Below are positions 52,739-64,000 of a DNA stretch of 64,000 bases, piece after piece. The notes under the pieces are model-generated. The model saw nothing but the letters and a program-made list of their open reading frames with translations. It was not told where the DNA came from and did no database searches. How positions within the stretch are numbered: the first letter of the stretch is position 1; each line of letters starts with the position of its first letter. Both the position numbers and the translations under genes were made by a program. This DNA comes from Chromera velia (taxonomy: Eukaryota), in assembly GCA_018398765.1 (NCBI GenBank), contig JAHBMJ010000355.1:1-64000 (forward strand). The letters run 5' to 3'.

Positions 52739-53296
52739 CTCGACCGGCAAACAATCACTCGACGTTCTCGGAAAGAAAAGTCCAAACTCCAGTTGATCAC
52801 TGCATCGCGTTGTGTGCTCTTCACTCCAACTACGTCTCCTGCCTGAAAGATGCGCTCTTCGTTCCGAATCAAACCATTACTTCCCTTCCCTTTCCCTTCC
52901 CTCCCTTCTCTGGTTCAGGCAGCTACTCTACCTTTTTCCTCCTCGAAAGCACCTCTGAATGTTCCTTCCTTCCTTCCTTGGCGACAGGGCAATCAATCTC
53001 GTCAGCCTGCCCCCAAATTGGATCGGGTGTATCAAATGCTGACATACATGCGTGTTACGTTCACGGAGTAACATATTGGACCTACAATCTGGCTAACTGA
53101 CTCGTTCCATGAGAATGCTCTCTTCAAGAAGAACCGCGTCCTCGTTGAAGCCCATCAAGTCCGTCAGGCTCGGAGGAGGCGGGTTAGATGGTCTGCTCAG
53201 GAGAGATACACGGTTGGTGTTTCTTGGGCGTGGGTTTGGGTTTGTGGGTCCCTGAGCTCTCCGCTGTCCGTCACTGCCTGTGCCCTCGAAGTGCAT
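49432..53296 (-). CDS. Small multi-exon hypothetical protein with an acidic C-terminus
   Basis: ATG at 53296 (MHFEGTGSDG...EESILMER|gtcagt). Further exons at ~52760-52842 (AGDVVG...FRERR), ~51344-51422 (ERAVLRAPPPQLPVGLTSFPIYPDED) and ~50413-50450, with a last exon EADADFPEDADEPEEDDDDDDDETMDIDQ* ending at 49432. Internal phases are not fully resolved. Confidence 0.6.
50821..51329. repeat. (CAGA)n-type intronic microsatellite, about 500 bp
   Basis: Continuous ACAG/ACAA/ACGG tetramers. Confidence 0.97.
52594..52622. other. Assembly gap (N run)
   Basis: 29 N bases. Confidence 1.
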
Positions 53297-53537
53297 TTTG
53301 GCGGAGGATGCTTGGAGGGGAGGGAGGGAGCGAGAACGTCCACGCACCCACGCACGAGAACCATAAAAGGAGACGGCAGTCAACCCCCGGAATGAAAGAG
53401 ACGTACCCAGAAGGCTGCGATTAATTCACTGAACAGGCACACGACACCAAAAATGGGGCCATGTCAGAGCAAATGGGGCTCTCTTCGATCTGTACTTGCT
53501 TTCTTCTCTACACATCTCTGCACCCCCACGAACGATC

Positions 53538-53950
53538 ACCATCGGCTGCGTGTCCAACCACAAACCCGCGGCACGACCTGGGCCGAATGGGGCCCGGGAC
53601 CATCGGCTGCATGCGTACAAATCCACGGCACGTACGACCTGGGCCGAATGAGCGGGCCCGGGACCATCGGCTACCACAAACCCGCGCGGCACGACCTGGG
53701 CCGAATGGGCAGGCCCGGGACCATCGGCTGCATGTCCAACCCCACAAATCTGCGGCACGACCTGGGCCGAATGGGCGGGCCCGGGACCGCTGCGTACATG
53801 TCCATGTAACCACAAATCCGCGGCACGACCTGCACAGCTGCGCCGAATGGACCATCAGCTGCGTGTCCAACCACAAACCCGTGGCACGACCTGGGCCGAA
53901 TGGGTGGGCCCGGGACTATCGGCTGTGTGCGGCATGACCTGCATGGGCCG
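53538..53950. repeat. Imperfect GC-rich ~55-65-bp tandem repeat (about 7 copies)
   Basis: Core CACAAA(C/T)C(C/T)GCGGCACGACCTGGGCCGAATGGGCGGGCCCGGGACCATCGGCTGC, with short variable linkers. Confidence 0.9.
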
Positions 53951-55472
53951 GCCACTCGGCCTAGGATAAACGTTGAACGTTCGAACAATCCTAAACAATC
54001 CCGGAGGACCGTCATTGGAAGGCGTGCAAAATTCAACAGAGAACGTACAGCTAAAGATTTAGGACATCCAGAAAAAAAAATCAATATATATACACCTCCG
54101 TGTTCAACCAGGCTCGTCAGATTATCCAGCAATACAATGCCAAAATACGGGATTTTGACACTCATGAGTGAAAATGATTGATGATAGATTCACCATGCAT
54201 GAAAACATGTCAAAAAACAAAAAAAATCCTTTAAAGATATTGATTTAACATTTAAAAGACGAAATAAACTATATTGAATAAGATGTGTAAGTTAAAATAT
54301 ATGTTTAAAAAAATATAATATTAGACAATAAAATGTATAGCTAGCTCATACGCCGCCATAGCTTAATCTCCCCCCCCCCTCCTCAAAAGTTATAATCGCT
54401 AAATATCGCTAAGTTTAAAAAAATGAAGTATAAAATAGACATTTAGCATTTTTTTTTTCAACAATAAAATAATTCTCAAGTACTATCGAGTACCTATCAA
54501 TAGGCTATTATTGTAAACGCTAGCACAAAAAGACAGGAACAAACGCATCGGAATGGCCTTGAATCGATCTGATTGAAACACTTCTTCTCATGATCTTAAC
54601 TGATTTGTTTTCACTTCATAATATATGAGGCACTGCTCAACGATGGGCCGTGATGGGCGTGATACTGTCAGGGGGAGGAGTTAAAAAAGCTAAATAGGAA
54701 GACAATCGGGATCAATCGGACGGGCAGGAAAGCCACAAATGGGAATTAAGGCATTAAGGCAGACAGAAAGGTTGAGATCTGGAAGGCAGGTAGGCACTGC
54801 CGGGCAAGAAAACGGAAATTTCAAAAGGTAGTCACTGTCAGATCATTGCGTCGTCATGCAGTCCTTCACCCGTTGGAGCCCGACGAAGACGACGGCGAAA
54901 TCGGAATCTTCACTACCCTGGAGTCTACCCAGTACTTCGTCATGTCAAAGAGATCCCTTATGTGGAGGAAAGGCACTGCGAACACGGTGTGTGAGGTATC
55001 AAACGATCGTTTCGCCTGCGACTGAGGGAGGTTTCTGTGCGTAAGTTTGCGGGGGAGGGTGAAGGTTGATTGATTGATTGACTGATAGGTTCGATAGTGC
55101 ACTGGTATACTGTAGTAGATACCGTTGCAGTGCAATATAGTCTATCTAACCAAAAAGACTCTTAACGACTCTTAAGAGAGCTCCAGTAAGCTAACCTGGA
55201 AGCTAACTGAGATCGGCTCTAGGGCCGGCTGCTAGACGCTGGTATTGTTTCTTCCCATTATAAGACGCCTTTTGAAATAGGGGCTACCTTATAAAAAGTT
55301 AAAAAATATTCTAGAAATATGTGTTCTAGTATATATTGATTAGGGCTGTGTAGCGTGGCATCTTAGAATATGATAACTTTTCCCCATCTAATGCTAGGCA
55401 TAAAGTTAGAAGTATTCAGCTAGCTCTGGATATGGATGACGATGGGGCGTACTGGCGCATCATAGTTATAGT

Positions 55473-55679
55473 CTAGAAATATGTTAAAAATATTATAAAA
55501 ATTTTATACAAATCTCTAAAAATATTTTAGATCGAAATGTATATAGAAACATTATAAAAATCTTAAGTCTGAAATCATATAAAAATATTATGCATAAACC
55601 ATGCAGATTTCTACAAAACTTTCATAATACTTTTATAAAATTTTATAATATTTGTAGAATTTTTCTAACATATTTCTAT
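55473..55679. mobile_element. AT-rich degenerate foldback/MITE-like remnant
   Basis: TAGAAATATGTTA(A/G)AAA...ATATTATAAAA(A)TTTTATA is present in inverted orientation at both ends. Confidence 0.4.
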
Positions 55680-56419
55680 CTGGATTTCTATAATATTTCA
55701 ATCTTATAGGAATAAGTTAGGATCTAGGTTAGGATAGGATAATTAAGAAAGGATCTAGGATAGGATTAATGTTTTGGGTTGTCCTGCGGTTGACAACCAG
55801 GGCATTACCGGGCCTTGACTTACACCGTCTTAACTTCCTTGTTGGGTAGAGGTGATGATGACTAATGATGATTCATTATTTTAGTTGTAAACCACCGTGG
55901 TCCGTGGTTCATAACTAACGTCTGGCGTGTGCATGCTTGTATGCATTGCGGGCTAACTTCGTCTTTCGCGCTAGCTTTCGCGGTGAAACTTACCGTGTAA
56001 GCAGCGTACGCCGCCCTTGCAATGCTTATCAATCAGCCCCAGTCCGAGTCCATCATTCAATCTGAATCAATCATCATTAATCAAATAAAAAATAAGTTAA
56101 TGATAACATCAATCTAAGAATAGATTTCTTATACTAAGTGTCACGGTACTAAGCATTTCCGTGTCCTTTATGGAAGAAAAAGCGGGTTCAATCAGCAACT
56201 AGATCAGCAAGGCAGCCTGGCAGCAAATCAGCTAATGTCAAAGAGAGGAAAGGTGATAGAAAACGACACGAAGGGGGCGTCTGCACAAAAAAACAAACGG
56301 GCGGGGAAAAGTTATGAGAGATAACTAATATCACAATCTTCTAGAAAATATTTTTTCTCACACACAAGGCTTCCCAATTTCCCATCAAACTTCCTCAGTC
56401 TTTTTCTCTCCCTCTCTCT

Positions 56420-56456
<37 letters not shown>

Positions 56457-57193
56457 TCTCCCCTTCTCTCTCACTCTCTCTCATAATAGAGTCTCATTGT
56501 GTGTGTGAGTGCGTGTATTTGTCTGTTTTCCTTCCGAATTCAACAAAAGTCCTTGCAGCCACGAATATTTTCATCGAGGGCGCCATTCCAGGTATTCCAT
56601 CCAACGTTTCCCACCTTTTTTCATATCTGAAAGTTATCCGTCGCTCCTTTCCTTTCTTTCTTTCTCTCTTCTTTCCTTCCTTCTTCACCAAAGGGGGCAC
56701 AGCAGGTCAACCGCAGATGCTGCACGTGAAACGACAGTCGGCGAGAACATTTACCCATTTGCCCTCCTTCCTTCTTTCTTCCTTTATGCCAGCATGAAGT
56801 CGGACAATTAAAACAAAAAAAACAGAGAGAGGCGAGAGATCCGTTTGCACGGGGGACCCCTCCAAGGGGTGACAAGGAAGCTCAACCGAATTTTTCATTT
56901 GCAGGTTTCAAATAAAATTGATCTGACCATGCATGACCACCTCGCTCACTCAAAACATGAATTCGGAACAACAGCGCTCAGCGGACTGGACAATTAAGAA
57001 AGCAGTGAAAAGACAGACCGACTCTTATGACTGATTGTTCGTCTCTCTCTTGAAGGAAAGAAAGTGAAAAATAAACAAATTCGATCAATTTTCTTTCACC
57101 CAAATCCACACCAAACTGTGACCCCAGTCTGACTTGAGTTCATTCACATCTTCTTTCTGTCCAGCCAATTCTCAAAAAAACAAGCTAGTATCG

Positions 57194-57224
<31 letters not shown>

Positions 57225-58576
57225 CAAGAAGAGGCCCGTGCACCCTCACTGATCCATCGCCCAATCAAGACAAGAGGGCAAACAAAGAAAGAAAACACAC
57301 GTGCGCGAAAGAACGAACGCCCAATGCAGCCCCAACGAGACCCCACCAATCCATCCATCCATTCGCATGCAGCTCTATCCTTCCGCATTGTAAAAACCTA
57401 CTGCCCCCCCCATCCCAACCCCTCTCTCTCTCTCTCTCTCTTTTATTTTTTGAGATGCCTGCATGTCGGAGGGCCCTTGCAGCACAAAAAAACGGCACTC
57501 CAAGGCGGTGAGTGAGCCAGTGCGGACTTCAGGTACCTGCCAGGAATTCAAATTTGATTTGTTCCTCTCTTCTCTTCTTTACTTCTTTTCTTTTGCGGAG
57601 GGAACCAATCAGTGAGGGGGTCAAGAAGGAAACAGGAGAAGAGAAAAGAGAGAGTCGGTCCTCTTTCCTCTGCATGCCTTCTCTTCTTCTCTCCAGAAGG
57701 GAAAAGCCGATCTGCCATGGGAAAAAACCGATAGAGACAAAGACAGGGACATGGACGCAGACAGACCATACAGAGACAGCGAGAAAGACAGGAAAAGAGA
57801 CAGACAAACAGAGACAGACAAAGAGACAGACAGACAGCCATGAAAGAAAACGATTCGTTCATTCAGGTACGAAAAGGAAGGGAAAGGAAGGGGAAGGGAA
57901 GGACGTTCCCCGGGCCGCGCCGTCCTGGCAGGCAGACGTTGCCTGTGAGTCAGTCACTCAACTAAACAACAGACTTCATTCAGACCAACGCTCCCCGCTT
58001 CCCCCTGTTTAAATTTCTTTTCACGTGGATGAATCCCAACGTACTCTTTTTAGTTTATTGCCCTCCCTACCTCACCCCTTTTTCCAAAGAGGCCTCTCTC
58101 TTGCACTGCAGTGCAAAAGAACGAACGGACGGATTCATTGAAGTCTCCAATTCCCCTTCATTTCCTTCCCCGAATCCCGGCCCTTCTCCTTTCTTTTCTT
58201 TCTTTCTTTCTTCTTCTCCTCCGTGCCTGCCGTCTGCCCACCTTCGCATTGAAAGAAAGTCTAAGCAAAAAAAAAGAGAGAGAAGCCCCAACCTGCTCGC
58301 TCCTCTCTGTTGCTAATGCAGTTCCCTCCCTTTTCTTCTGACCCACCCCTCTTCCATCACCCTTTCATTTTTCTCCCCTTCCCTTCAATTGCTGCCTCAT
58401 TTCTCCCCTTCCCTTTAATTGCTGCCTCAAACGACCAGCTTTCTCCTGTAATAAAATGACGATTTAGTTACTTGGTCCCCCTTTCTCCTTGGCATGTCCT
58501 TCTCCCTCCACGTATGCTTATTCTCAACACACCCACCAACCCACTAAGCCAGTCGACTGTCAGTGATCAGAAAGCG

Positions 58577-58726
58577 TCACCCATCTGCGAGGTGGGGGTA
58601 CACAGAGAGGAGCCTCTCCACTCTGCATTGCATGATGCAAACAAACGCCCACACGGACAGGGACGTGCTTTGACACGCATATCGTATCACACACACACAT
58701 ACACACATGCACGTGCACATGCACGT

Positions 58727-58811
<85 letters not shown>

Positions 58812-58838
58812 AACACACGCACAAACACACGCACAAAC

Positions 58839-58876
<38 letters not shown>

Positions 58877-58914
58877 ACACACACACACATACACATGCAC
58901 ACACACATACACAT

Positions 58915-58958
<44 letters not shown>

Positions 58959-61421
58959 GCATACACGTGCAAAGAGCTGAAGTCAATCTGACAGGCAGAC
59001 AGGCAGGCAAGCAGGCAGGCAGGCAGGCAGACAGACAGACAGAGAGACAAATGCAGATGCATATGCAGAGATGCAGACGTATGCAAGGAGCGCAGACACT
59101 GCAGAAACTCTCGACGTGTCCTGTCTCTTCTTCTCGGTGCGTTGTGTAGAGATCGAGAGGAACTTCAAAGGAAAGGGAGCGGCCAGAAGAACAAAAAAAT
59201 ACAAATGATACAACGCAACGCAACGCAGCGACAACAAAGAGCACGAAAGCTACCGTCCAGGTGAGAGAGGGGGCATCTAACAGACAGAGATCTATGCTTT
59301 CTGACGGAAAGAAAGAGCGCCAGGAAATGAAAGAAAACACAGAGATGGTGAGACGCAGAGAGAAACCGAATAGAAGAGGCGGAGTAAAAAGGCAGCACAA
59401 TTGAAAGACTGCTTAACAGAAGAAAGAAAAAGACCGACCCTCCACTAACGAGCACCACACTCCTCCCACGGCTCGCCAAAATCGAAGCTGCAATGGCCGA
59501 TCGGAATCCAGTGCGGCAGACGACCGCAAATCTGCACCCTTGCAAGATATACGTCAACGTTCAAACGCATCGATGCATAATCACGAAACTTTGCATGCCT
59601 CTGCTGAGCATACGAACGCTTGGGCATGCAGTTGCTCTGCGTGCGTCAACACTAGATTCTGTGCGATCATATGTGAAGTCAACAAATCTACACGAAAAGC
59701 GAATCTGCACTACTCGTTTATCCGTCCACATCATTCCCTCCCCGTCCACACCTTTGTTCTCTCTTGCGTTCTTTCACCCTCTGCCATTTCAGTCACGTAA
59801 ACCCGATGCAAAATGTTGCACAAACGAAAAAAAAACGAAAAACGGGGCCGGCACCATACCACCTACTGACTCACAATTAGTCAGGTAGACAGACAGGCTG
59901 GCTGACTGAGAAGTACCCACAGACCAACCGACCGACCGACCGACCGAAGTCTGGAATCCAGAGCTTGCGCCTTTGTGGCCAGATTCTGGAGGGGAAGGGA
60001 CTCTGACCCTGCCATTTCAGTCAGCAACAAAGAAGGGAGAAATTAAGGGGCATCAGTCCCGGTATGACGACAATTAAGCAGAATGGAGAGAAAGCGGACG
60101 AGAGAACATAGAGACAGATAGAATGGTCGAACTCTGGCAGAGAGAGACAGAGAGGAGAGAAAGTGTGGTAGCGCTAGAGGAACGGCGAGACAGAGCAGCA
60201 GACAGTTAAGGCGAATGCGTTGAATGAACGGCAGCGCTTGAATAGATGATACGGTGCATCAAGTTTTCTTCCCTAGCTCCAATGGAAACGAACAAAACAG
60301 GTGAGCCACCTTCTCCCCACTCACCTTTGACTCTTCCCGGTCCTCTCCCGGCTGCCGCTGCTTGGACTGCTCTCGCAAATTCTGCAGGGCCCCGGACGTC
60401 CAACACGCGCACACCCGGAAGCTCCAAGGCAGAAGGCCCCAAAGGACCTACTGACTGAGAGGAGCCTGAGGCAGAAGAATCTTTGTCCCTACTTGCTCCG
60501 GCTGCTGTAGTCTTCTTCTTTTTGTCTTTCAGTTCTTTTTGCTCCTTTTCTTTTTCTTTTCTCGGATCGTAAGTGGGAAAACTGGAGAAGAATTCTTTCT
60601 CTTTTTCCCCGCACGAGCTGGATGACAGTTCTCCCTCCAGTACCGCAGTCACATCAGATTCCAGCCCCAACTGCTGGAGCCTTCTCAGGGCCTCGTCGCA
60701 CCTCTGGACGCACTCACCGCCTGCCCCAGGCTTCGCTTCCAGATCCAGAGGCTCTGGAGGGACAACAAAAATTTGAAGAACGGGGGACGGAGGAGCTTCG
60801 CTTGGGTCTTTTTCCTTCGGGGCTTTCTGCTGCTGCTGTTGAAGCGACGGCACGACAGAGACGATAAAATGTGCCAGCCAGGGTGACCAAAAATCTTCTG
60901 ATGAGGTCTGTGTCATGGGAAAAGAAAGAGAGCCCTTCACGTGACAGCCTGCAAATGCCTCTCCCTTCCGGCAGTCAATCAGAACTTTTGTAGGAATCCT
61001 GCCTGACGGATCTTTTGCATTTGGCAGGCTGCTCTTTTTGTACTCAGCCACGAACTTGGGCGCCGTCAGTCTGATAAACCGTTTGACGTTCTGAAGATGG
61101 GAGAAGTGAGTAATCAGTAGGTCGCCCGAAGGAGCGGCGGAAGTCGAAGAAGGGGGAGTGGGGGAGCTTGAGGCAGTCGAAGAGGTTGAGGGGGAAGAGG
61201 AGTCTTTAGTAGACAAGGAAGCGGACGCAGAAGAGTTGGAGGTCATGGAGGTGAAGGACGAGACTCGGTGGACGGAAGGGGGGTCCGGGAGGGCCCTCTC
61301 CTTCCATGGGACGCCGTTGGCTTTCGCTATCTGCATATGCATATACATACAGATGCATCTGCATATACATACAGATGCATACATACATAGCCTCTCCTTC
61401 AAAAAGGTCTGTCTCTCTCTT

Positions 61422-61452
<31 letters not shown>

Positions 61453-63100
61453 CACACACACACAAGAAAACAGATCGAGACGCACGGGGAGAAACCGACC
61501 GTCCGATAGAGACAAAAAGAAAGTCACACACAAACAAACAACCTGACGCACCACATCCCAGGGCATCTGCAGCCCCTTCTCCATAGTCCCGATCTCTTTC
61601 TGATAAGAGACCCAGAACGCGCGCTGTCCGCCGCCGCCGTGCCCTCCCTCGACGTGCAGGTGTTTCTCTTTTTCCCTTTCCCCCCTCACTTCACCCATCG
61701 AGAGGGACCCCCCCGCGCTTGTCGTCCCAGCAGAGGATGAAGAGGAGGAGGAAGAGGAAGAAGAGGACTCGAAAGGAAAAGGCGGACTCGGACTCCCTTG
61801 ACGGGGATCGTCCATTTCCTTCACCTGCACTCACGCCACTCACGCCACTCACTCACTCACTCACTCACTCACTCACGCTCACTCTCACTCACTCACTCAC
61901 TCACTCACTCACTCACTCAGCAATGCATGCATGGACCAGACAGACAGCCAGACAGAACCCTGCTAGAATTCAGCTAACGGTCCCGCGTCTCTTCCCAATT
62001 GAAATTGCCTTCCAGGAAGGAAAGAAAATGAAGAAAAACCATTTTCAGGTCTATCCTCTTCCCTGCGAGGGGAGACTGTTTTCTTCTTCTGTCTTTTCAG
62101 CTTTGCACGATCGAGAGGACCTGGCCAAGCCTGAGGAGCATGTGTGTGAAAGTAACCGTTTGTTCGACAGGGCTTGCTTGTTTATTTTGAACCGAATGTT
62201 TTTCTTTTCTAATTCCATCAAAGGAAGCACTCTTTGCTTGCAGGACTCACGGTGATGCTCGTTGCCCCCTCCACGACCCTGTCTGCCGGTGCAGGAGGAA
62301 GGCAGAGAAGGGAGGCAGCCCCATAGGCAGGGAAGAGGTCTGTGTCCGGAGGCATCCCCTTAACCTTCTCGATTGTACGGGACAGATGCCGAACCAGACC
62401 CTCCCTGCAGACAGACAGACAGACAGACAGACAGAGAGATAGAAGAAAAGAGGCATGGACGCACGGCAATCGAGAAGTTTCAAAGAAACCATCGACCGAT
62501 TGGCAAGAAAAGGGAGAAAATTCCTTCCATGGAGGAGACCGAGCCAGAGAAAGAAGCGAAGCCGTCCAAAGAGCTAAAGAGGGATACAAAAGAAAGACAC
62601 ATGCACTTAAATCGAGGCCTTCCTTTGTTTTTTCTGTTGAAGGAAGTGAGTAACCTTTGTTTGGCCCTGACGTTCTCTTGACTGAAGGAGGAGGGAGACT
62701 GACAGGTTTGCTCCTTTTGGCTGAGGGTATCCCTTGACCTTAAAGCAGAGGTCGCCTCGAGCAACACCGTCCGCAAGCACTGAACCACCCGTGAAAGCCA
62801 AAATAGGCGTGTCCTTCTTCTTCGTATGCTGCTTGTGCCCATACGAGCGTATTTGAAAAGACGCACATGCACGTGAGCAGTGCTGGCTTTAATCAAGAAG
62901 AAGTGAAATGAAAGACCCACACGTCCAGCGGAGGTCCGTCCTTTTTGACAATGAATTCAGTCAGCAAGCGGAATGGATACTGTGTGTGGATTGGGACCTT
63001 CTTTGTCGTTGTACGTTTTGAGTTCTTTTTTTTTCTTTCATAACGAAAAGAGACAAAGAGAGGGCAGAGCAGGAAGGGATAAATTCGAAAGGTGAACTAG

Positions 63101-63143
<43 letters not shown>

Positions 63144-63731
63144 CTTGTAAGATCACTGGGGTAATGTTGCGATATTAGGAAAACACAATCAACCCCTGCA
63201 ATTGGAATGTCGTCAAAACGTTCGTCTTCTCCATCCTTCGTATCAGGTTGTTAACAGATAAACCAACAAATAAACGAACGAACCTCCTTGGAAACCCGAT
63301 CCAGAACTGCCACCATTCCCCCAAAAGTGTGGCCGGGCGCGTGGATGAAACGAAACTTGAACCCTGGACAAACTCTGCATCATGCAAGGAGTGAGTGCAG
63401 TTCAGTGAGAAAGAGCAGGGAGGGGGCACGAAGGGAATGAATAAATCAGACAGAACGATGTCATCCTGCATGAAGTGTTTCTGCCCCCAACCAAATGCTG
63501 TACTCTTTCCTTCCTTCATTTGGTCGACAAACACTCGATCAAAATCTCCCTCCTTCACCTAGACGCCCTCCCTCCTTCCCACTCACTCATTCACTCACTG
63601 ACTCACTCACTCTCGTGTGTCTCCATCCTTCACAAGAACGAGATGAGAATCGGGGATCGCAGCGTGAAGCGGCCTCTCGTGTTCCCCCACGAGGACCTCG
63701 GCTCCCGTCAGGCAGCAGAGCTTTGGGGCAC
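58577..63731 (-). CDS. Metallo-beta-lactamase-fold (persulfide dioxygenase/ETHE1-like) protein fused to two rhodanese domains; 5' exons lie beyond the window
   Basis: Spliced translation: ...LTGAEVLVG...LVKDGDTREVCPGFKFRFIHAPGHT (63326-63343)...LAFTGGSVLADGVARGDL...MPPDTDLFPAYGAASL...VLIDCRKGEAFAGCHVKGS...VLDVRGPAEF...VKGSESLPLQNL...FAVVCRTGFRSAIAASIL (CRTGFR 59501-59518)...VSGGVERLLSVYPHLADG*. Exon phases are consistent. The 3' end could splice further. Confidence 0.88.
58688..58965. repeat. (CA)n intronic microsatellite
   Basis: Long CA run; one of many CA/GA/GAAA/CAGT microsatellites in the introns. Confidence 0.95.
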
Positions 63732-64000
63732 CTGCGAAGAAGACGGTCGGAGTACGCAACTTCACTCGATCGCGCATTGGGGAACCTTTCGGACTGTAAA
63801 CGTGAACTCAAACGAACGTGCAAAGAAGTTTTTATCCCCGGACCTCTACCTTAGAGGGAGGGATAAGCCGTACAGCCAGACAAGGTAAGTCGGAGCAGAA
63901 CACGCGAGAATGAGAGAGAGGGGACAGCAAAAAGCAGCCCGAGGGAAAGAAACCGCGGAAACAGGGGACACAAACAGAAAAAAAGAAAACTGCAGACTGA

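Noticed and set aside
54640..55045. Small spliced gene in the AT-rich island
   Set aside because: Exon-like pieces contain stops and no recognisable motif; probably decayed TE cargo.
56300..58500. Additional gene or extra 3' exons of the rhodanese fusion
   Set aside because: The composition is intron-like but no consistent exon chain could be built.

Overview
Eukaryotic, intron-rich genomic DNA with GC-rich exons, microsatellite-filled introns, GTGAGT/GTCAGT donors, many TGCATGCA motifs and one bipartite plastid-type leader. This style suggests a chromerid alveolate such as Chromera velia; that is inference, not a database match. Most ORFs in the six-frame track are artefacts of repeats or introns. 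I could support five spliced genes by manual exon joining. (1) A 5'-truncated + strand gene (590-8596, 20 exons in one open frame) encoding an internally duplicated protein with two HepT/DUF86-type HEPN RNase motifs (W-x6-R[D/N]RLAH); this is the most unusual feature. (2) A large low-complexity hypothetical gene on the - strand (~16290-27304). (3) A divergently oriented ~3,300-aa, probably plastid-targeted helical-repeat protein (27966-45059). (4) A small gene with an acidic tail (49432-53296, -). (5) A 5'-truncated metallo-beta-lactamase (persulfide dioxygenase-like) plus double-rhodanese fusion with substituted metal ligands (58577-63731, -). Between the genes lie AT-rich mobile-element islands: a decayed Ty1/Copia element, two related TIR elements, a MITE, and a gag-only LTR element with AGT...ACT ends, a TTAAG target duplication and a non-canonical primer-binding site. 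All exon models are hand-built and unverified by transcripts.
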